From IMG/VR virus record IMGVR_UViG_3300031703_000001, positions 1-64,000 of that record: a stretch of DNA of 64,000 nt; one strand, written 5' to 3'. Made by a program: the position numbers and the translations under genes. The first letter of the stretch is position 1. Every line of letters begins with the position of its first letter. Shown here piece by piece: positions 56,670 through 64,000 of this stretch. Source of the DNA: a virus. The notes beneath the pieces are model-generated. The model was not told the origin of the DNA. It ran no database searches and was given only the letters and a program-made list of their open reading frames with translations.

Positions 56670-58013
56670 TTAATTTTTTATTGTATGTATTGACCATGTT
56701 ATGCTTATTTCATCTTCTGTTTGTATATTATCAAATGAAAATCCAAAAGCAGCATAACCGGCTTCATCTATAGGTGTTGTTAGAGTTACTATTGTTTCTC
56801 CACAACTAATAGTTGCTCCATTATTTGAAAATGTAGTAAGTGTTGTATCATTTTGAACATCTTGTACTGCCCATTTACCACCAGCATTTGCCATATCACT
56901 ACATTTAAAATGACCTAAAAAAGTTTTAGGCTTAATTGGTAAATTAGGATCATATCTATTAATAGAGAACAAGTAAGATAGTTTAATTTTATCTCCAACA
57001 GCTAGTATTTTATTTAAAGGAATAGAAGAATATCCAGGAAGGTCGTTAATATACCATGATATTGCTGAAGAAGTGTTATACTCACCATCAGTCCAATTAT
57101 TTAAATAAGGAGATGTTGTTGATACACCTCTAACAACTTCTGTTCCGTATGTTATATAATTATCATTAGTCATATTAGGCCAACTAAGACGGTCTGCATT
57201 TACTGCCATAAAAGCATGTCCTGATGCTATTGTATCTTGAGTTGAACCACCACCACCTGATCCTGAAGCAGCATTGGTAATTTGACCTTGTGCATTAACA
57301 GTTACAGTACTATTTGTATATGTTCCTGGCACAACTGCTGTATCAGTAAGATTAACTAATACTTTTGTACCACTTGCACCTTCAGTATTTATTCCTGTCC
57401 CACCTTCAATGTCAACTATTGAACCATCAACAACTACTTGGTTAGTACCAGCATCACCTCCAATTATAAAGCTACTCATTGTACCACCACCACCACTTGC
57501 TGCTGCTAAATTAATTGTATCAGCTAATTGAGTGATAGTTACTGAACCATCATTTGAGGTTAAAGATTTAAAGTTTAATGTTTCACCAACCTTATCTTTC
57601 CATACACCTACACCTACACCTACATTAGCTGCAGTATTAGGCTCACCTGTTGTAGTAAACTCAACATAATCATTATCTAATGATGTAGAAATTGTAAGAT
57701 TAGTACTTAATGACTTTAAAGTTCTGAATGATACAGTACACTTTTGTGTTTCTTTATCAACTTCAGTTTTTTGATATACACCAGCGCTATTTGAAGCTGG
57801 TATAGCAGGAACATTAACATGATCACAATGTTCTGCAGCAATTTTAAAATCTTTTATTTTGATAAGTTTAACAGACTTGTATGGAATAGGTGATGCAATA
57901 CCTGTCATTTCAGGTTCTTCATTGATACCCAATACCAGTACATCATTAGGGCCTGCTTCAGTAGCAAACTTCTTACGTTTAAATAAACTTAGTACGTCAG
58001 TTAAAATGTTCAT
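56670..58013 (-). CDS. Fibre-like virion protein (447 aa)
   Basis: LNFKSL, GTYTNSTVTVNAQGQITNAASG and GDAGTNQVV modules. Confidence 0.7.
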   Translation of the reverse strand: MNILTDVLSLFKRKKFATEAGPNDVLVLGINEEPEMTGIASPIPYKSVKLIKIKDFKIAAEHCDHVNVPAIPASNSAGVYQKTEVDKETQKCTVSFRTLKSLSTNLTISTSLDNDYVEFTTTGEPNTAANVGVGVGVWKDKVGETLNFKSLTSNDGSVTITQLADTINLAAASGGGGTMSSFIIGGDAGTNQVVVDGSIVDIEGGTGINTEGASGTKVLVNLTDTAVVPGTYTNSTVTVNAQGQITNAASGSGGGGSTQDTIASGHAFMAVNADRLSWPNMTNDNYITYGTEVVRGVSTTSPYLNNWTDGEYNTSSAISWYINDLPGYSSIPLNKILAVGDKIKLSYLFSINRYDPNLPIKPKTFLGHFKCSDMANAGGKWAVQDVQNDTTLTTFSNNGATISCGETIVTLTTPIDEAGYAAFGFSFDNIQTEDEISITWSIHTIKN

Positions 58014-58015
58014 AT

Positions 58016-58309
58016 CTATTTTTTCCTTTTACTATTTATATGAGGAGATGGGTCACCACCATTCATATAGTTTGGGTTTTTTCTTTTGTTCTTAGAAGGC
58101 CCAGAACTTGTCCAACCTCCCATTTTATATTCTTGCATGCTTTCAGAACCATCTGCTTTAGATGCTAATCTTTTAGCGTTGCCACCTTTTTTCATCTTAT
58201 CAACCATAGATCCATACATGATGTCATCTAATTCACCACCACCTTGTTTACACAAAAGTTTTGATTTTTGTTTGGTCATCTTTTGACTTTGTAATCCTTG
58301 TCTCTTCAT
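58016..58309 (-). CDS. Basic low-complexity protein with repeated xxGG motifs
   Basis: KQGG, MKKGG, YKMGG, YMNGG. Confidence 0.6.
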   Translation of the reverse strand: MKRQGLQSQKMTKQKSKLLCKQGGGELDDIMYGSMVDKMKKGGNAKRLASKADGSESMQEYKMGGWTSSGPSKNKRKNPNYMNGGDPSPHINSKRKK

Positions 58310-58321
58310 TGTTTGTTGTTA

Positions 58322-58465
58322 TTAAAAATCCAATGTGAAAGTTATAAAAAATAAATATAACTTTAATGTATTATAGTTATGATCTTTATCAGGATTAAGG
58401 TGCTCCCATCCTAAAGCAAATCTATCATGCGGCCAGTGAAAGGCTATTTCTAAAGTCCAACCCAT
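58322..58465 (-). CDS. 47-aa amphipathic beta-strand protein ending in Phe
   Basis: MGWTLEIAFHWPHDRFALGWEHLNPDKDHNYNTLKLYLFFITFTLDF; below the ORF-track cutoff. Confidence 0.55.
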   Translation of the reverse strand: MGWTLEIAFHWPHDRFALGWEHLNPDKDHNYNTLKLYLFFITFTLDF

Positions 58466-58467
58466 AA

Positions 58468-58590
58468 TTATTTGCAGTTACAATTCTTACAATCACAGTT
58501 ATCTGAGATTGAACAATTTTCTTTTTTACAGTAACCCAAACATAATTTACCAAAGGTTACCCATCTGATAAACAAACATACATTTTTCAT
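58468..58590 (-). CDS. 40-aa Cys-rich peptide
   Basis: MKNVCLFIRWVTFGKLCLGYCKKENCSISDNCDCKNCNCK (8 Cys); late motif upstream at 58637. Confidence 0.5.
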   Translation of the reverse strand: MKNVCLFIRWVTFGKLCLGYCKKENCSISDNCDCKNCNCK

Positions 58591-58678
58591 AATTTTCAAT
58601 TTATATTTATAATTGCACTATGCACTTTATACTATTAATATACAAATTTATTACTACTTTAACAAATATAAAGGGTAC

Positions 58679-59002
58679 CTACTTATTCTTAAGTCTTTCA
58701 TTATCCTTACTAAGGAAGTCTACTTTGACATGTAATGTACTTACTTCCTTTGTCAAGGTAAGTATTTGTTTAATCATTACATCTTTTTCATCTGAGCTAT
58801 CTGATAGTAATTGTTCTAATCTTTTAACTCTCTCTCTCAAATCATCTCTATACATATTCTGGTCTGTCCTGTCAAGGGACTCTATTTCTGTTCTTAACTT
58901 AATCTTCTTCTCATAAAATCTCCATGCTCCTGCAGAAAATAAAACGGTTACCATTGTTACTATGACATTGGTTATGTTATCATACTGATTTATATCTATC
59001 AT
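58679..59002 (-). CDS. TM + coiled-coil protein (holin/i-spanin-like)
   Basis: N-terminal TM followed by heptad repeats. Confidence 0.55.
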   Translation of the reverse strand: MIDINQYDNITNVIVTMVTVLFSAGAWRFYEKKIKLRTEIESLDRTDQNMYRDDLRERVKRLEQLLSDSSDEKDVMIKQILTLTKEVSTLHVKVDFLSKDNERLKNK

Positions 59003-59364
59003 TTTTGTTTTCTATAAAATTGTGATGTAACTTGTGTTAAGTTTATAAATGACATGATCAAGGGAAGAAACCACATCCAATTACTTGGATCCATAATGCC
59101 TCCATTTAATACTAATAAAACTAAAACAACCATTGAAAAAAGAAAAGAACCATAAGCTAGCGTTTTTCTAGCGCGTAAAGATTCAACACATGTGCCTTTT
59201 ATTAAAGAGCCTCCAAGTAACACACTTATAACAATAAGCACTGCTTGAATACCAAATTGGCAAGACCAGATTATTGGAAAAAAAACAAGCCAAACAAGGC
59301 CTATCAGTATCTCTAATGGTTCTGAGTCATAGTATTTTAAAATATTACTTAATTTTTTTAACAT
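58999..59364 (-). CDS. 4-TM membrane protein
   Basis: Hydrophobic helices; lysis-block context. Confidence 0.6.
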   Translation of the reverse strand: MLKKLSNILKYYDSEPLEILIGLVWLVFFPIIWSCQFGIQAVLIVISVLLGGSLIKGTCVESLRARKTLAYGSFLFSMVVLVLLVLNGGIMDPSNWMWFLPLIMSFINLTQVTSQFYRKQK

Positions 59365-59437
59365 TACATGTATATATAAAATAGTATATTTGCTACCTTT
59401 GCAATGTATACATTAATAATATACAAAAAATTCACTT

Positions 59438-59626
59438 ATGAATAAAGCAAATCCCTTAATTTTTAAAAATAAAATAGCTTTAGAGTTACTCCCAACAGAG
59501 ACTCTAGTAGGCATAAAAACAATCAATTGTGAAGTCCTATGTGAGGATGACAAATACCGTAAAGTATATGGTGTAGAATTAGGATTCCTGTTTTTCACAT
59601 TTAGTTATCTAAATATGGTTACATAG
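59438..59626 (+). CDS. Small beta-rich protein
   Basis: YGVELGFLFFTFSY; TATATTTG/TACCTTTG at 59385-59401 upstream and a hairpin downstream. Confidence 0.55.
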   Translation: MNKANPLIFKNKIALELLPTETLVGIKTINCEVLCEDDKYRKVYGVELGFLFFTFSYLNMVT

Positions 59627-59720
59627 ATTTTCTATTCTCAAATAAATTCCTTAAATTAATATGAGCTGTATTTCCATCTGGGAATATGGCTTTTATATCC
59701 TTAAATAAACAAAGTCAAGT

Positions 59721-60701
59721 ATGAACAAAAACATTTTTTTACCAAGAACTAACATATTACCGTATGAATATCCGCAACTCCTAGCATACAAAGATGCTAT
59801 CAGACACTCCTATTGGATTGACACAGAGTTTAACTTTACAGAAGATATTCAAGATTTCAAAGTTACAATTAATGCAAAAGAAAGAGATGTCATTAAAAAG
59901 ACAATGCTTGCTATTGCTCAAATAGAAGTTAATGTAAAGACCTTCTGGGCAGATATGTACAAACGTATGCCTATCACGGAGATAGGAGATGTAGGTATGA
60001 CCTTTGCTGAATCTGAAGTAAGACACAAAGATGCCTACGCTAGATTATTAAGAATACTAGGTTTAGAAAATGAATTTAAAAATGTCATTGAAGTACCTGC
60101 TATAAAAAATAGAATTAAGTACTTAAAGAAGTACCTGGATGGAACAAGAAGTAGAGATGATAAAATGTACACTAAATCAGTGTTATTATTTTCTTTATTT
60201 ATTGAGCATGTAAGTTTGTTCAGTCAGTTCTTAATTATGATGTCTTTCAACAAAGAGAAAAATCTTTTTAAAGGTATTTCTAATGTAGTTGAAGCAACAA
60301 GTAAAGAAGAAGAAATTCATGGTAACTTTGGTATAGAAATAATCAACATTATCAAATCAGAAAACCCTGAGTGGTTTAATGAAGAATTTGAAAATCTTAT
60401 TGATTCTGCATGTAAAAAAGCATATGCTGCTGAATGTGATATCTTAGATTGGATATTTGCTAAAGGTGAGCTTGACTTCCTACCTGTGGAAACAATTAAG
60501 CACTTTATTAAGAATAGATTTAACAATTCTTTAAAGAGTATAGGTATGAAAGAGATCTTTGATGTTGATTTTGATGTCTTAGAATCTACACGCTGGTTTG
60601 ATGTAGAAATTACAGCAACCAAAGAAGGAGACTTCTTCTATAAGAAGCAAGTTGACTACAACAAAAAAAGTAAGAGTATAACAGAAGATGATTTATTTTA
60701 A
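59721..60701 (+). CDS. nrdB: Ribonucleotide reductase beta subunit (class Id/NrdBi-like)
   Basis: QIEVNVK (E69,K73), ESEVRHKDAY (E99,H102,Y106), IEHVSLFSQF, KEEEIH, DFF..QVDY. Confidence 0.9.
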   Translation: MNKNIFLPRTNILPYEYPQLLAYKDAIRHSYWIDTEFNFTEDIQDFKVTINAKERDVIKKTMLAIAQIEVNVKTFWADMYKRMPITEIGDVGMTFAESEVRHKDAYARLLRILGLENEFKNVIEVPAIKNRIKYLKKYLDGTRSRDDKMYTKSVLLFSLFIEHVSLFSQFLIMMSFNKEKNLFKGISNVVEATSKEEEIHGNFGIEIINIIKSENPEWFNEEFENLIDSACKKAYAAECDILDWIFAKGELDFLPVETIKHFIKNRFNNSLKSIGMKEIFDVDFDVLESTRWFDVEITATKEGDFFYKKQVDYNKKSKSITEDDLF

Positions 60702-60711
60702 AAAACAAAAC

Positions 60712-62337
60712 ATGGAATATAAAAAGTACTATTGGCTAAATGAAGAAAGCCGTACATTCTTATCAAGAGGGTACATCTCTGAAACACCAGAGCAGAGAAT
60801 TAAGGATATTGCTAATGTAGCAGAAAAATATCTAAAGATTGATGGATTTGCATTAAAGTTTGAAGACTACATATCACGTGGTTTTTATTCTTTAGCTACT
60901 CCAACCTGGATTAACTTTGGTAAATCAAAAGGATTACCAATCAGTTGTTATGGATCAAACGTTGATGATTCATTAGATAGCATCTTAAATGGTGGCCGTG
61001 AAGTTGGTTTGATGTCTAAGTATGGAGGAGGAACTTCTGTATATTTAGGAAACATTAGAGCAAGGGGTGCAAGTATATCAACAGGAGGTCATGCTGATGG
61101 GCCAGTTCATTATGCTAAAATATATGACACCGTTGTTGATGTATGTAAACAATCTGAAGCTAGAAGAGGAGCATGTGCTGCTTGGTTACCTTTAGAGCAT
61201 GCTGATATAATGGAGTTCTTGGATATTGGGACTGAAGGAAATCCTATTCAAAATCTACAGTACGGTGTAACTGTTACTGATAAATGGATGGAAGAAATGA
61301 AAGCTGGTGATAGTGCTAAGCGTAAAACCTGGGCAAAAGTTATTCAGAGAAGAAATGAATTTGGTTTTCCATATATCATGTTCAAAGATAACTCAAATAA
61401 CAATTCTCCATACAAAGAACTAGGGCTTGATATAACGGCTTCAAATCTATGTAGTGAGATACAATTACCTACAGACAGTTTTAACTCATTTGTATGCTGT
61501 CTAGGGTCCATTAATCTATTACATTGGGATGAAATCAAACACACTGATGCAATAGAAACATATGTATTGTTTTTAAATGCAGTAATGGATGAGTTTATTA
61601 AAAAATCAGCCGTGTTACCTGGTATGAAGAGAGCACATAGATTTGCTTCTCAACATAGAGCAATAGGTTTAGGAGTAATGGGTTATCATTCTTTATTTCA
61701 ATCAAAGCTTATTGAGTTTGAATCATTACAGGCCAAAGGTTTAAACAGTGAAATCTTTAGAACTTTAAAGGAAAGATCAGAGGTTGCATCAAAATGGCTT
61801 CATGACTCAAGGGATGTCACTTGTATTAGAGATGGTTTTGCAAATAGCACATTAATGGCTGTTGCTCCTACTAAATCTAGTTCATTTATTCACGGTGCTG
61901 TATCTATGGGTATTGAACCAATCAAATCTAATTATTTTATTAAAGATTTGGCTAAGTCAAAAACCATATATCAAAATCCTTTTTTAAAGGAGGAATTAGA
62001 AAAGTATGATCTGAATACCCCTGCAGTTTGGGATAGCATCTTGAAAAAGGATGGCTCAGTTCAACATTTAGATTTTCCTACTAAAGGAGTATTCAAGTCA
62101 TTCATTGAGATAACCCCTAAAGAATTGATACTTCAGGCAGCTCAAAGACAAAAGTTCATTGATCAATCACAATCTTTGAATTTAATGATACACCCTAGCG
62201 TTTCTGCTAAAGATATAAATCAATTGTATTTATATGCATGGGAGGAAGGAGTTAAAACTCTTTACTACCAATTTAGCCAGAGTTCTGCACAAGAGTTTTC
62301 TAGAAATATTCTAGACTGTGCAAGTTGTGAAGGTTAG
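60712..62337 (+). CDS. nrdA: Ribonucleotide reductase alpha subunit (short, no ATP-cone)
   Basis: PISC, SNLCSEI, APTKSSS, DQSQSLNL, KTLYY, C-terminal CASC; likely start 60712. Confidence 0.92.
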   Translation: MEYKKYYWLNEESRTFLSRGYISETPEQRIKDIANVAEKYLKIDGFALKFEDYISRGFYSLATPTWINFGKSKGLPISCYGSNVDDSLDSILNGGREVGLMSKYGGGTSVYLGNIRARGASISTGGHADGPVHYAKIYDTVVDVCKQSEARRGACAAWLPLEHADIMEFLDIGTEGNPIQNLQYGVTVTDKWMEEMKAGDSAKRKTWAKVIQRRNEFGFPYIMFKDNSNNNSPYKELGLDITASNLCSEIQLPTDSFNSFVCCLGSINLLHWDEIKHTDAIETYVLFLNAVMDEFIKKSAVLPGMKRAHRFASQHRAIGLGVMGYHSLFQSKLIEFESLQAKGLNSEIFRTLKERSEVASKWLHDSRDVTCIRDGFANSTLMAVAPTKSSSFIHGAVSMGIEPIKSNYFIKDLAKSKTIYQNPFLKEELEKYDLNTPAVWDSILKKDGSVQHLDFPTKGVFKSFIEITPKELILQAAQRQKFIDQSQSLNLMIHPSVSAKDINQLYLYAWEEGVKTLYYQFSQSSAQEFSRNILDCASCEG

Positions 62338-62354
62338 TAATTAAATAATGTAGT

Positions 62355-62401
62355 ATAAACCAGTCACTAAGGCCTAATTATAGGTTTAATGACTGGTTTA
62401 T
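62355..62401. terminator. Bidirectional terminator
   Basis: ATAAACCAGTCA/TGACTGGTTTAT long stem between convergent genes. Confidence 0.75.
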
Positions 62402-62410
62402 CATACATTT

Positions 62411-64000
62411 TTAGTATTCAAATTCTCTTTCTATTAGAGCATTGTTCCATTTCTTAAATGATGTCAATATAGGTAATGCATCTTCCCAAGCTTTAGCTAC
62501 TTTAAGTTTTCCTTTATTAGGTTTATTTTGATAAACATAATCAGAATCAGCATAAAAGCCTTCTTCACCTTTAATTAAATATGCAGGTGCAAACCATATA
62601 CTTTGGTTTACTGCCTCACCCAATTCACCTAACATTCTTGATGCAGCAACCGGAGATTTAATCATCTGGTGTATTTGTACCCATGAATCTGGAGTAATTG
62701 GAGCAAACAATATCAATTCTTTATACAATCTATCTGCTTGATACTTAGTTAAATTCTTAAGTCTTCTTTCAGTATCACTATCATCATCATCACCGGCAAG
62801 AACACTATCTAGTATAGTACCTATTCCGGATACTGCAATTATAATAGCAATTTCACCCATGGTTCTGTAGACACCAAACAATCTATTTTGACCTCTTGAA
62901 TCACCAAGACCACCTGTACCATCATAACCTTCTTGTTCTTTTAGAAATCCTTCACCATATTTTTTAAAGTCTCTATTTCCAAGAACTATTTGTTGTTTTG
63001 CAAAAGCAGCAAACGCTATGGCAGATTTATATCTACCTTCCATCCAACCTAAATTTTCATCAAAGTATTCATTTTGGAATCTAGCTCTAACAGCTGGAGC
63101 AACCCATTTTTTAAATTGTGCAGCTAAGTTACCAATGGTATGAGATTGAATTATCATTCTATCTTCAGCCGCGTAATTACCATGAATTTGTTTGTTGACT
63201 TCTCTAATATTATTTCTTAGTTTATATCTAAAGTCATCATTATACTGAGCAATCTCTTTACCATTTTTATCTATAACAGTTTCAAAACCATCCATCAATT
63301 CAACTTCATGAGTTTTTCCATTAAATTTGAATGCATCATATAAAGACATTGTTTCTCCCGTTTCTTTATTAAGAACCAGGGTATCCATTATTAAAGCTAT
63401 ACCAACTTTAGTTTGAACATTGTATTCAGCAGCATCTTGTAGTACATAACCCCAAGCTTTAAACCTTTCCCAAACACCTTTATCATCTTTACCTCTTTGT
63501 GATTCACGTATATCTGTAGAATCATCCATCATTCTGAATAGCTCAGTTAATGCTTCATACTTATTGTTGGCTTGATTAGGATCATAATCAGTCTTGCCAA
63601 TATTTGCTAAACCTAGAGTTGCTATATCAGCAATATCTTGTATTCCAGCACCGGTTCTTTTTATTATACCAGGTAAAGCAACAGCATTGTATTCCTTAGC
63701 TGCTCTAAAATAACTCTTCTTTGAGTAAAATCTAGAACCAAGCATCTCAATATTATTGTTTATTTTACCCATCAAGTAATTGTTAAAGTTACCAAACGGA
63801 TTAAATGCAACATAAGCTAAAGAAGAAAATCCAATTAACTGATCTGCAATTTTATCTACAGCTCCTTTTGTTATAAGTTCATTATCATAATAAACCATTG
63901 ACAAATATTTTCTCAATCTTCTTACAGTATTTGAATCACCACTTGTTTCTTTTTTGAAACCTACGGTGCCTCCAATAGCCTGATCAACTTTATTGGCAGC
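62411..64000 (-). CDS. C-terminus of a very large virion (ejected/cargo) protein
   Basis: Frame is open to the window edge (530 codons incl. stop), so the track's 63916 start is not the true start; helical with a late hydrophobic segment, like crAss-like giant ejection proteins. Confidence 0.6.
   Translation of the reverse strand, partial: AANKVDQAIGGTVGFKKETSGDSNTVRRLRKYLSMVYYDNELITKGAVDKIADQLIGFSSLAYVAFNPFGNFNNYLMGKINNNIEMLGSRFYSKKSYFRAAKEYNAVALPGIIKRTGAGIQDIADIATLGLANIGKTDYDPNQANNKYEALTELFRMMDDSTDIRESQRGKDDKGVWERFKAWGYVLQDAAEYNVQTKVGIALIMDTLVLNKETGETMSLYDAFKFNGKTHEVELMDGFETVIDKNGKEIAQYNDDFRYKLRNNIREVNKQIHGNYAAEDRMIIQSHTIGNLAAQFKKWVAPAVRARFQNEYFDENLGWMEGRYKSAIAFAAFAKQQIVLGNRDFKKYGEGFLKEQEGYDGTGGLGDSRGQNRLFGVYRTMGEIAIIIAVSGIGTILDSVLAGDDDDSDTERRLKNLTKYQADRLYKELILFAPITPDSWVQIHQMIKSPVAASRMLGELGEAVNQSIWFAPAYLIKGEEGFYADSDYVYQNKPNKGKLKVAKAWEDALPILTSFKKWNNALIEREFEY

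Noticed and set aside
805-62337. Stop-codon reassignment (TAG/TGA), known in some crAss-like phages
   Set aside because: Long genes are intact in code 11; TAG ends MCP, nrdA, groEL and others at sensible C-termini; no suppressor tRNA seen
13827-62337. Introns or inteins in terL, polB, helicase or nrdA
   Set aside because: Proteins are of normal or short length with contiguous motifs; no intein termini or homing endonuclease insert
1-64000. Prophage or bacterial chromosome segment (because of groEL, nrdAB, ung, phoH)
   Set aside because: These genes are embedded among phage genes with similar composition; no integrase, repressor, att site or host housekeeping operon

Overview
A 64-kb, AT-rich segment of a lytic, crAss-like (Crassvirales-type) podophage that most likely infects a Bacteroidota/Flavobacteriia host. 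Host evidence: TAnnTTTG promoters, no Shine-Dalgarno motifs, and a flavobacterial-type GroEL and RNR. 1-21.5 kb (minus): virion and packaging block with endolysin, IHF-like protein, PD-(D/E)XK nuclease, GroES, TerL, portal, scaffold, MCP, tail proteins and fibres. 21.5-22.6 kb: largely non-coding, highly structured strand-switch region, possibly the genome terminus or entry region. 22.6-53.5 kb (plus): small early genes followed by replication, recombination and nucleotide genes (SF2 helicase, UDG, ThyX, DnaB-like helicase, Sak4-like ATPase, SSB, primase, resolvase, vWA/MoxR module, PolB, PhoH, MazG, GroEL). 53.5-59.4 kb (minus): second fibre/decoration and lysis block. 59.7-62.3 kb (plus): class Id-like ribonucleotide reductase. 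The window ends in the C-terminus of a very large virion protein. I found no tRNA, CRISPR array, integrase, intron, intein, reverse transcriptase or stop-codon recoding. Most notable: a MoxR/vWA-peptidase module with three mutually related partners (two BRCT-like), a candidate Mn/superoxide-type RNR, a split GroEL/GroES pair, GG-motif basic core peptides, beta-signal-like mini-proteins in the lysis block, two phage-specific intergenic motifs, an attC-like hairpin and strong CGA/TCG avoidance. All calls are by eye from motifs and gene context; no database searches were run.
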